Below, in pieces: positions 1 through 11,036 of a stretch of DNA of 64,000 nucleotides (the stretch's first letter is position 1; each line of letters opens with the position of its first letter). Location of the stretch: positions 162,965-226,964 of the forward strand of contig RDEW01000063.1 of assembly GCA_011109175.1 (NCBI GenBank), written 5' to 3'. Under the pieces are notes generated by a model. The model saw nothing but the letters and a program-made list of their open reading frames with translations, was not told the DNA's origin and ran no database searches. The DNA is from Dicyema japonicum. Taxonomy: Eukaryota > Animalia > Dicyemida. The translations under genes and the position numbers were made by a program.

Positions 1-1184
1 AAAAATATCAATCATATTGTTAAATTTGTTGGTGGAGATGACATTATTGATTCCGACATTAGAACTTCTTCTTGAAGTTGGTACAGTACTTAGGTTTCAG
101 ACAATGCGAGGGATTAACCTCACGTGACGAATTTTGAAATATATCTTACTAAATAACATCTCTGTATATGAAACTCTTTAGGTTTTGTTACGGACTTCAA
201 CGTATGAAATTTATTATTGAAGGCTTTCGTTATTAGAAGCCCTGCACCTAGTGGTATCTTCCAAATCTAGCATGAAGTACTAGGGAAACTTCCGATACCA
301 ACTCAACTTTGTTCTCCCTATTCACCTGGTCGATAATCACCAGCAGAGATATGATATTTACCCAACTTTCCGGTTGAGAAATTCGAATGGGCAGTCTTGT
401 ACCCATTCTTGTACTACGAAGAGTTGTCGGACCAAATCAGATGCGTTCTTATTGTTTTATCTACCGGTTCATTCTCAGGTAGGTAGTGTTCACTTTATTT
501 GTAAAAAAAGCTTTTCATCACAACAAGTAATTATTAACGAGATCCTCATGTATAATTTTACAGAATAGATCACTTATATTATTCCCAGATTGTTATAAAC
601 AACTAAGATGATCTCGTGATTGTTGTCATTTCATCTTAAAATTTAAAAAAAATCAAGTAAAGTCTTTTTTAAGAGGTTGGGAGTGCGAATTCGTCCCCAC
701 GATTTGTTTGAATATGGGTCACCATAAATCACAGAATTGTTTTAATTAATTTTATTTTAAGTTTTTTTAATTCTTAAAAAATTTAAATAATGTTTTTATT
801 TTATTACAATTTATATATTGATCTTGTGGGCTAATAAGTAATGTAATGAAAATCTTATAACGATTCCTCAGCCAACAGGTTAATCAAATGTTAAGTAAGC
901 TGTTTTAGTCACTGTTTAGTATACAGGTATTCTATTCCTTTTTCATCAGATCAACAATTTCAAACGGACTTGATCGATATCATAAATTTGAGTACTTCAA
1001 AGAAAGATTAAAATTGGATTTCAACTATTGTTGTTATTTACACTGAATATGCGATTTGTATAGAAATGACAAATAAATTTGCACTAAATAGATAGAGTTT
1101 TAAAAATAAAATTTACATGCATTTTCCGAAATCTGCTATCAAGTCGGATTTTTCCAATTTTTATATTGTTCTTGCGTAGGGAAT

Positions 1185-1470
1185 TATATTATTATAAGCA
1201 TGTACGCGATGCCAAGATCATGACAAAGCATATGCAACACGAAAAGTCAACAATCTAATTAACGTCGCCCATTTTTTTCAATCCGTTGCCATGTTCCGTA
1301 GCATATCTAGATTGTCCCCATCTTTAAGGCACTTTCCAATCTTCCTAGATCTTCAGCAGTGTTGTCCTCGGCCGGTCGCGGAAACGAGAAGCTTATAAGA
1401 CAAAATACTCCTCCATTGCTATGTTGGTAGGGTCCCCATATCGTGGCGGAGTATGTGTCTAAAGAGCTTC
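1185..1470 (-). mobile_element. RTE-like LINE 3' fragment
   Basis: Minus strand encodes GRPRTTL, ends in ggcatcgcgtacatgcttataataat; same architecture as 35739-35992. Confidence 0.5.
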
Positions 1471-2005
1471 CATCTTGAAAAATTATTATAGAAAGATTTA
1501 ATAAAACTCTGACAAGAAGATCTGTCTAAATTGATGACAGAAAATGGTACTAAAATTGAAAACAATTTTCAAGTAAGATAACTTTTACTTACAACGCAAC
1601 ACGAATGCTTCAACCAATGAAACGCCATTCAAAATATGAGAAGCACTTCAGTAATTCCAACAATTACAAAGTTGTTATTTTATGGGTGGAAATACTTTCG
1701 GCAGTAAATTCCGAAAGATGACACACTTGTGAATACATTCTTCTGAAAGTCCACGATTGTAGATTTCTGTTTTGGAATATTCCAATTGAATGAACAGCTG
1801 CACATTATCAAAAGCGACTCCGAATCCACTTGATCGGAGCTATTTTAGGAGCATCTTAGTCATAATTTCGAAAACATCAAGGATTGTTGGTATTCTTTCG
1901 TTATAATTGACAAAATTAAAAAATTTGTAAGATTTTAGAATATCGACTGTATTTCAAATAATTATATAAATTCAAATTAATTGAAGACCGTTTAACGAAT
2001 TAATA

Positions 2006-3215
2006 TTAGTTAGTTACAAAGCTTAATGGAATGCTTTCCTGTATTTCAGTATGTGATTTCTGTTTGAGATAAATAGCGACAATGACACACGTAGATATTA
2101 GTCCAATAACACCACACATGATTCCAATTATTTGATTTTTCGTCAGTTTTTTTACGGCCTTTATTTCAATCGATATTGTTCTTCAAAGCATCTTTTATCT
2201 AAAATTCAAACAAATTCAGTAACCGTCTCCAATAAATTGAAAACTCAAATCATTGCGGAAAAATTGTATTTTAAGAGATGAAATTTCGATAGTCACATTT
2301 TTATAGCTTTGTGAGATGAATCCACATTGATAACATCTTCCCAATTTAATTATTTTAAAATTCTTTTCCAGTGAAACGCATTTATTTCTGTTAATACCAA
2401 CACAAACAGAAAATCTATAAATACGATATTTATTCTCAGATTGTTTAAATGCCACAATAGTTATAGTAGTATGATACTTTCAATATATTCATAGTTAATA
2501 TATTTATAGTCAGCTTTTTTACTTTTTATCATATTATACTCATAATCACTGAAATGCTCATCTGTTTTCTAAGAATTTATGCAAACGTGTACAATTTTGT
2601 TATTGTCAATATATGATATTTTGATAAGTCCGTTTATTACTGCTCTGATTTTTTTTGTAAATAAAAACCAAATCGGCGTATTTGGGTCTTTTTGGGTTAC
2701 AGTCATTAGCTAAATAATTTTAATAAAAACCTTTTCCAGTAAAATAGTACAATCTACCATTATCGTGATATTGCAACTTGTTTGAATAAATTGTAAGAGA
2801 TAAATTTTCAAAAAACTAATATGAGTATAACCACATCGGTAGTAATCCCCATAATTAGTTTGTGGTATCTTTGTGATATTAGTATAACGTTTACCATCTT
2901 AAGTACATCAAAAAAACGTACCATAAACAACTTCTACAATTAAGTCAATAGTATAAAACTCATTGTAGAAGTATGGAATAAGTTTTAATTTTATGTTTGA
3001 AAGATAACAAATCGGTACCATTAGTTTCCCATACATCTATATGTTCATTGGATTGTAAATTTGATAATCTATATTCCTAAAGTAAATGAAATATTTACTC
3101 TAGAAGGATTCTTATAAATGACATATGAATCAATTAATATATATCTCTCATCACATTTTATTTTGACTATTTTGCTAAACAGTATAATTATGATATAATG
3201 AATAGTTCTGTTCAT
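2006..3215 (-). CDS. Orphan type-I membrane protein-like gene with tiny introns, several apparent frameshifts
   Basis: ATG at 3215 gives MNRTIHYIIIILFSKIVKIKCD (signal-peptide-like); GT-AG segments of 21-26 nt (e.g. gtaaatatttcatttactttag) restore frames; hydrophobic VIGLISTCVIVAIYLKQK near the end, TAA at 2006-2008. Confidence 0.45.
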
Positions 3216-3344
3216 GTAATCTAAATTTTATTAGGTCAAATTTTGTTTTATTTAAATTTGTATTTTAATTGTTTGATTTAATTATAATTTATATTTCTAT
3301 GATAAAAGATATTTCATTACCATTTTTATTAAATATCTTTAATT

Positions 3345-3715
3345 ATAGAAAATATAGTGAGTAGTCCAACTAAGTTGAGCTTGGTTGCAAGGTCCTCGTT
3401 ATTCCTATAGTAATGACTTGGGAAAGAATTGCAACAAAGTACCACAAGGGTTATCTAAAGCAGTTGGGGGTAGATAAGAAGCTCCAGGCCTATCTACTGT
3501 CCACTGTGTTATTGCGGACCCTAGAAAACCTGACACTGGAGATTAGGAGGCAGAGCCCTGAAATGCCATATGGGCAGAGGGTTCAATTGGTCAAAGCGCT
3601 TTCAGAGTTGTTTCAGCAACCAGAATTGAACCTTCCTGAAAGGCTGGCGAACAGGAAGGCGAGGAAGGTTGTTGATTATTAAATATATTAACATTTTTTA
3701 TTGTTTGTTAAATAA
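3345..3715 (+). mobile_element. R4/Dong-like RLE-type LINE 3' fragment
   Basis: RKY...VIPIVMTWE..TKYHKGYLKQLGV...AYL.S.VL resembles the C-terminus of restriction-like endonuclease LINEs; A-rich end. Confidence 0.5.
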
Positions 3716-4544
3716 AGTGAGAAAATATAGTTAACATTATCAATTTCTCTTTCTAAATATTCCTTCATTACTCAACAACGTGAGAATCTTGATCAATAAT
3801 TCTAGCTTTAATCACTATGCCGCTCCGAATCCTATCGTTTCTACATTAGCTATAAATTCGGCAAATACGTAAATTTGAAAAAAAACCCACGTCTCTTTAA
3901 ATTCTTATTAAAGCTTAACAATTGGATTCAGAAAAGCAGTTGTACAATGAAGGAACACAGCAAAAATTTTTTATTCATGTCGAGGTTTTTTAATTAATGG
4001 TTTAACTTCTTCTTTCTTGATGTTTCCTTTTTCAATGTAGATAATAATAAGTGGTTAGTGCGTTCACTCACGATTGGCTGTGAGTTAGATTTTACACTTC
4101 TACCTACATTAACAAAGATTATTTTCTTTTTTTGCTTTCTCTATTTCTTAAGCATCGATAGGGATCCACAAAATCGAGAAACCCTTTTCATCTTTACTCC
4201 GTGTTTGATTGGCTATTCATCTTCTATCCGTGATTGCAAAAACCAGAGAATCCAAAAGCTAATAAATAGCGACAACAAAAAATGGACGCTGCTCCTCAAA
4301 CCACTAAAAAATCTAAGGCGAACTGAGTTGACTCCTGTATTGTCTTCATCAAAGTTTTGATTTGTTAGCGATTAGGAAAAATAATCTGATTTCTAATTTT
4401 ATTCAAAACAAAATCACCGGATTTAGATCTGAGTTAAATTTATCATTTCTGAACTTTATGTTTAGTGAACTAATTTCCGTTAATGATCTTAATTCAATTG
4501 ACTAATTTAGTTTTTTTTATCATTAAAAATTTATTTTAAAGAAA

Positions 4545-4700
4545 TATTCATCCCGAGGTCCTACAATAGCCACCCTACCATTTGGCTTTTCTCTGTCAGG
4601 ATGGCTAGTGAGATTCGCTTAAATAGCTAGAGCGCTCACTTAGATTTGGGCATTTTAAGATCCGATTCCCTAGAGCAGACCCAACATTTTGGTTGCCTGG
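4545..4700 (-). mobile_element. CRE-like LINE 3' end remnant
   Basis: Minus strand LFKRISLAIL matches WLIERISLQIVRGNA at 38195-38240; similar remnant at 17310-17410. Confidence 0.45.
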
Positions 4701-4719
4701 ATATGTGGCGTTAGACAAT

Positions 4720-4915
4720 TTCGAAGGCCCTTATGAGACTAGACACCATATCGAGAATGTGGTGCTGAACAATCAGTTAACTATTTTGTACGTTCATACA
4801 CGGGAACAAAGGAAGTAAAGAGTCATAGATGAAGTCCTTTTTAGAATGCATCGGAATCACGTGATAATAAATTTGGTTTTTACGTGGTCTTGGGCTGTTA
4901 TAAACAAATAAAATA
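4720..4915 (+). mobile_element. Vingi-like LINE 3' end
   Basis: Ends ECIGIT* then ttttacgtggtcttgggctgttataaacaaataaaa, like the 3' end of 11037-14072. Confidence 0.45.
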
Positions 4916-5700
4916 TGAGCAATCGATTTCTCCAAAAATCTTTCTACATTTATGGCAGACAGATATCCCCCCCTTACACGAATTGCAATTAATAAAACTC
5001 TATTAGTTGCTGTATCAGATGACCACCGTGGAGATTTTGGTATTTGGATGTAGATAGCGAAAAGTATTATTTTTGAATAACTAAGTAAACTTCTTGTCCA
5101 AGTCTCACATACGATGGAAGTTTGATCCCAGATCTCTACATTTTATTCGCAAGGATGGTTGTAACTTGTCGCAGACATTTTAAATGAGAATTCGATGCTC
5201 TGGAATTGTCTTTGTGAATCTTTGATTGAAAACTCTAATGATTTATATTATTCAGAATTAACAAAAATTGTGGAGAATTGCAACATTTGTATGAATTCTA
5301 ATTTTCGCTCGTAATTGTATGATAATGTTGTGGTCAATGATGAAGTGTGTGATAACCCAAAATCATGGTTTCGCAGATTAATGAATTATTGGATAGGTTA
5401 TTAGAGAATTATTAAATTTTATAATATTTTGTGTCACCGTCACATCAATGCAGTCTGCATATAAGTGGACAGCATCAAAATGTTATTTATATTAATGACG
5501 TCCATATAAAATGTATCTTATTTTTTTCTAAGTTCCTTTTTAAACCTATTTAAAATGGTTTAATGACTTCTGGAAAACTAAGATAGACAACAAAACCAAC
5601 CTAACGTCATAAGTGTATCCAGTTAACACTACAGAAATAATCCTCTGAGCGAAATCGTGTTAATCCTGTTAATCCTTATTTTTATAATAGCACGTAAATA

Positions 5701-5852
5701 TATGGACATTTTATTTCTCATAACATTCTTATGAAAATTGAGAATATTTGTTTACTATCCAATATGAAGGAAATTCATTATTATGCTGAAATTGTCCGGA
5801 CATATTATAATGTTGTTATTTTATAATTTAGAATTATATTAATGCGCAATAA
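5701..5852 (+). pseudogene. Diverged 3' remnant of ZYG-11/ZER1-like gene
   Basis: Aligns to 46153-46305 (SHNILMKIENICLLSNMKEIH), keeps the 21-nt last intron and the NYIN terminal exon with synonymous changes. Confidence 0.75.
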
Positions 5853-7284
5853 AGTTAATTCATATTCAGTGATCTCTTTATTAATAATATTACTAATAAA
5901 TTAAATTTTTGACGTGTATGTTTGTTTCTACTAAGCACAAATATTTCCAATGGACCAATTACGAAGTATCCAACAGAGAAATCATTAAAAACGTAGATAT
6001 TATGGTCCATGAGTTGTTCGGAACACAAGAATCTAGTGATAACTTCTCAATCTGGTGTCGTGTAAATTGTCGTTCCAATCTTGTCTCTTCACAGGGAATC
6101 AGTCATAAAGTCAAGTATGTTGACAAACTCATGTGGCCCACTGAATTGTCATGGCTGCTCAATGAAGATTCAGCAGAATTCCTCATGGAGAATGGCCGAT
6201 GATTGCACGTGCCTTTAACAAAAATATCCTTAAGTCCCATTAGTGGTGGATTTGAAGACACCCAAGAAGTCTAATGATCGACTAATATCTTTAATAGAGA
6301 AGAGCAATTGCAAATATAGAATAAAGACAAAACCGAAGAAGCAACTCCAACAGACTTCCACACTTGAAGCATTGAAAGAGAATATCAGATTTGATGTGGA
6401 AATAATGAGTCAATTAGATACCGTAAGACTAAAAGGGTTAATGTTGACGAATTGATACTGAACGAAATTAATTAATTAACAAAGAAGAAACGAACAGAAT
6501 TCAGGGAACATAACTGGTATTTGAACATAACCAGAGATTTTTCTATAAAAATATCAATGAGGAGGAAGAAAATGAGAATTTTGCTTTAACGAAGATGAAC
6601 ATCGCCCAATTTATATAAATTGGTTACAAAGTGTGTTAATAGAAATCGACAGATCTGTTGAAGCACACCATCTGATATAATTAGTCTCTAGAATAGGATC
6701 TATTTTAAATCCATAGTAACTTCATATCTGTTTTCTTGTTCTCAGATCAAAATATTCCCTGATGTGACAGGAAGCAAGCTTGAGTTTTCCGAAAGGTACA
6801 ATCTCCTGAAAAGAATAGGACCAAAACTCATCGAAGGGGTTAACAATTAAATCAATTGCTTCCTATTGGATTTCAACCTAGACAACCATCGCAATACATA
6901 ATCCATGATGCGAATAGTCAACATTGATGAAGTCTTAACCAGCAGTCTTGTTATTTCAGAGAATAAAATTGTTAATATAATTCCAACTGGGGAGAGATTA
7001 AAGATCTACTACTGGAGCTTGTAAAGACCACAGATCTGGAAGCATTGCCAAGCCAAAATTATTCAAAATTTTTATTGTATATTGAAGTTTTTCTATATTA
7101 GTTTCTATTAATACTGAATTTTATTTTTTTATCTGATCCGATGAGAGTTTATCTTTCAGCAGATTTATATACGATTAATTTATCACTAGCGTCTGAGAAA
7201 AATTCATTTCACGGCATTCTTCGATTAATGTTATTAAACCCACCTTCATTGTTAATATTTCTTTGTGATAATTCAATATTCGAG

Positions 7285-7512
7285 AGAGGATCAAAAAATG
7301 CACTTCACTTCTTTGTTTTCATTTCTTGGGTGTATGTTTTTTTTTTATAGACTATGCGGTTCCGCAGTGAAGTTCATTGATGACGGAGCCACTCGTCAAG
7401 TCAAAGCATATTGATGCGTGGAACCTTTAACCGTAATGTGAAGTATCGTGATTCGAACTAGCGACCTTCAGGCCTCTTGACCGCAACCGTCACACAACGC
7501 CACTCGCACTGG
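7285..7512 (-). mobile_element. tRNA-derived SINE
   Basis: A-box-like tggcgttgtgtg, B-box-like agttcgaatc; body cttgacgag...tcatca...tgcggaac and gaagtgaag shared with 46750-47131 and 62625-62795. Confidence 0.6.
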
Positions 7513-9009
7513 AAAAACAAGGCATCATACTCTTATGTGGTAGCTGCTGACCACTACATCTAAATTCAAAGATAACTCTAATGAGATATTTCAAAAATAC
7601 TTTCCGTGGTAGTGAAGCTGACAAAGTCTTGAGAGATGAGGATCACTTGTGTTTATTGTCTTAGTGTAACAGATAATCCAAGCGTGTCTTAGTAGCTTAC
7701 TCGTCTTTCCCAGTGTTTTTTTTGATCTGACGCACTTTCTGTACGTTTGTGCTACATGTAGATCAATAGGATATGTCATTCAAGATTCCTTCCAATGAGG
7801 AATTTCAGGTTTTAACAAGACTATCCTTGACACTTCTTGAATCAGACAACCTAGTCGCGAACAAATAAAGATTCTTCAGTTACCACCTGATAAATCCAAT
7901 CCAAATACAATGCAGACCAGATCCTCATCAAAGAAATCCGAAGACTCGTTTGGGACGTACTACTGGATAGCCCTCCTCTTATTGTGAAGACCTTAGCAGA
8001 AGACCTTAATGAAGACCTTAGCAGACTTTCTAGTGTTTTATGAAAGCCTTCAAAAAGTTTAGTTTTCATTGAAGAGATGGTGTTGTTAAATTGTTTAGAA
8101 ACAATGCATCATCGCTGCTAAATGTAGGAATATCGTTCAGGAAGAGCTTCTACACGATAAGTGACAGAGGAGATCTTACTGGACGAAGTTTAGCAGACAC
8201 TTACGGATTTTGGAAAACATGCTAATACACCTCCGCTCAGTTCATTTAGAAAGTTTACTATCCATATTTAAAATTTTTCTGAATGTCAGAAACAAACGGG
8301 TTCCTTGTAATTAACTTTCCTGTCACAGATTCAATAGAATTTTAGGGACTTTTGATGCCTCTGAGCGGATCATTTAAGACTGATTGTACAAATGTCCCCC
8401 AATGGTCTAACGTAAGGACACTCAATTTTAAAGAATGAGTTCAATAACTTTCAATTTATTTTTTTGAAAACACGTGCTGTCGATGGACAACTTTGATATC
8501 TGTACTTCTGAAGGTTTTTCCAAACGTTTTCTAGTTAATTCTGATTCATTAAACAATCTATTGGTTTTTGATGTGCTTATGGATATACTGTTGCTTTGAT
8601 TTGTAAAAGCTTTTTTCTAGTTTCAAAGAATTGTCTTCAATAATAAAATTTGTAATTTGTTCAATTATTTCCTGGTTATTTTTTTCTTAGGGCTTTTAGC
8701 CCGTACATAATCATAGAAATAAAAATTTTCATCGGAATATTTATAAACTTTATATATTGCAGAAGGTGATATATCAACTATTTCGGATATTTTTTTCACA
8801 GGAATATCGTTTTTTAATCTTAGAATTTGATTAAATAAATCAAATGTGAGTTTTTCTTATTTTTCGGGTATTTACATTATAAACATTGTCTTCCATATGT
8901 TATTTATCGTTAATTTATGTATTTTGCATTTTTATTTATAATATTGGGATCGTTATTTATCTTTTTATTATTATAAAGCACAACGTCTTGCCATTGGAAA
9001 TGACAAAAC

Positions 9010-9440
9010 CAGTGCAGTACCAAACATTAATCTTTTAGATAATTTTCTCCACTTTCCTCGATCCTGAGTCAAATCCTCAAGTAATCCATATCACCAGCTA
9101 TATATAGGAGTGCGGAGTCGGCCAATTCTAAATATAAATCTGAGTAGAAGTCATCAAATAGAGCCGGATCTTTGTTAATCCAACCACTGTGAGGTGCGTA
9201 TACATTGATAATGGAGACAATGTCAGTGCTTGCTTTGGCATTCATAAACTTCATTTGTAGAACTCCGATGAGGTCATTAACTGCCCATAATCTGTAGATA
9301 TGAGGGAGAAATTCCATTTTGATGGCAAAACCCAGTCCATAGTGCCTGTTGACAGTCGGAAGAAAGATCACTTTGAATTTACCACATGTTTCTGCGTGGT
9401 TTATCTTGAATTTTGGTTTCCTGTAGGCAACCGATTGCGA
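9010..9440 (-). mobile_element. RTE-like AP endonuclease fragment
   Basis: GLGFAI...IINVYAPHS...DDFYSDL...IAGDMD APE motifs. Confidence 0.6.
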
Positions 9441-9544
9441 ATGTGTGTTCGAGGTAACTCTTGGCACACGTACATGTAGAAAATCATTGTAGAACAATGT
9501 GGTTCCAGTATCAGCCTCTGCGCCTTCGACCCATGGTATTTCTA

Positions 9545-10000
9545 TGAATTATAATTTTTATTGCCGCTGTGTTGATTCTTTTTATTTTGGTCTCATTGAC
9601 CACCAGGATGTCAATCTTGGTGGAGGACATGAGTAGTGCCAGGTCATCACGCCTCATCTTCAGGGATCGGGCTTCACCAGCACTATTTTAGGTTTCTTTT
9701 TAGATTTTTTTGCATTTGGAGGTGTCATGTTCTCCCGCGCAACGGAAACATTTCTTCTTTCCCGTGCACTAGTGTGCAAAGTGACCGACCTGCTGGCAGT
9801 TGTAGCAGATTGGCGGTCCTCTTCTCTTCCACTCACAAGAGATCTTGTTTGTTCCGATGAAGAAGCCACAGCGCATTAGTGATGTGGCCTCTGGTTGACT
9901 GTTAATTAAGATCTTCGCCATTGGCATGGCTTGCGATCCTCTGAACATTCGCGTGACCTTTGTGACTGAGAAACCATTCACAACTGCTTCATCATTTTTT
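9545..10000 (-). mobile_element. I/Jockey-group LINE ORF1 (CCHC knuckle)/ORF2 start fragment
   Basis: CYNCQQVGHFAH.C zinc knuckle followed by KIDILVVNETK (APE N-terminus). Confidence 0.6.
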
Positions 10001-10029
10001 CAATGTAGCCTACATAAGGGAGAATTGGA

Positions 10030-10425
10030 TTAAATCCTTTGATGCCTACTTTTTTCAACATTTATTTGGATCATCCGATAACATCTTCCACAAAGTTCGA
10101 GTGATTGTCTGATTATCTTTCTACAATTCCTAAAATAAAAATAATTCAATTGTATACATTGACCACGTGGCTTGTTTGGACGTGAATGAATTTGAATAAT
10201 GTTCTTGCAAATTGCAGTGACATGTGAGTTTTTAAATTCGGAGCCATTGTCCGACTGTAAATAATAACATGGTCCATAATCCATGAATATATCCTAGAGG
10301 TTGTCAACCACTTCTTTTTTTAAGCTTTTTGTAACAGCATATTTTGAATAAATATCAATAGCCGTTAAAAGCCACGAACAACCATCATTATTCTCGCTAA
10401 ACCTAGAGAATATAAAAAAACTGAT
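10030..10425 (-). mobile_element. Ginger/KRBA2-like DDE integrase fragment with 28-nt intron, degenerate
   Basis: WLLTAIDIYSKY...DIFMDYGP..LQSDNGSEF...IHSRP..P.GQ|intron 10157-10130|IVER.NQTI. Confidence 0.7.
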
Positions 10426-11032
10426 AATTGAGAGAGAATCTACCTCAGAGACTCTGGACTGTTTAGGGTTGAAATAAAATTATCAAAATTGGAAATAAAA
10501 ACATCGTGAAAATTTATGCGTTCCAGTTTTTCTCTATTATTTTCAATGTACTGTTAATTTTGGTTTTTTTACCGAGTCCAACGAGGGAGAGATACTTTAT
10601 TTTTCTAAATCCAGTCATAAATAACTGATTTAGCAAATCTGGGTCATCGTACTTACAGAGTGTGAATGATTTAACGTTATTTGATAAATACGGTAGTTCA
10701 GGATTCTTTTCTGATGAAACAATCCTTCTTATTGTAATATTTGATAAATTTGGAAAAACTTGAATCATGCTAACAACCTTCTTAATGTCAACATTCTAAT
10801 TAGTCAACTGAATGCAAAAAATGTCTTTCTGCACTACATCTGAAATTTTATTTAAAAATGAATCTTTAAAAAGTAGATCTCTCTTAGAGTGAGGAATCAA
10901 ATATTTCAATTCGTTAAGAGTTCTTTTGGAAATCATTTTCTTAGATTTATCGCTTAATTTTATATATTTTTGTTCTTTAACGTTCGTTCGAATATTATTG
11001 ATGCATAATGCATATAATGAAGGTGTTTCCAT
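10426..11032 (-). pseudogene. ZYG-11/ZER1-like exon 1 copy, truncated within intron 1
   Basis: Near-identical to 43987-44591; TAG at 10796-10798 replaces a Gln codon; 1-nt indel near 10530. Confidence 0.85.
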
Positions 11033-11036
11033 AATT
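11025..11036. repeat. 12-bp target-site duplication (left), gtttccataatt
   Basis: Identical to 14073-14084; contains the host ATG on the minus strand. Confidence 0.9.

Noticed and set aside
400-480. Minus-strand IWSDNSS*YKN as a Sola-like transposase motif
   Set aside because: Single short motif with a stop and no supporting context
4583-4620. Motif shared with 17343-17378 as a novel regulatory repeat
   Set aside because: The reverse strand encodes ISLAIL, the CRE LINE C-terminus
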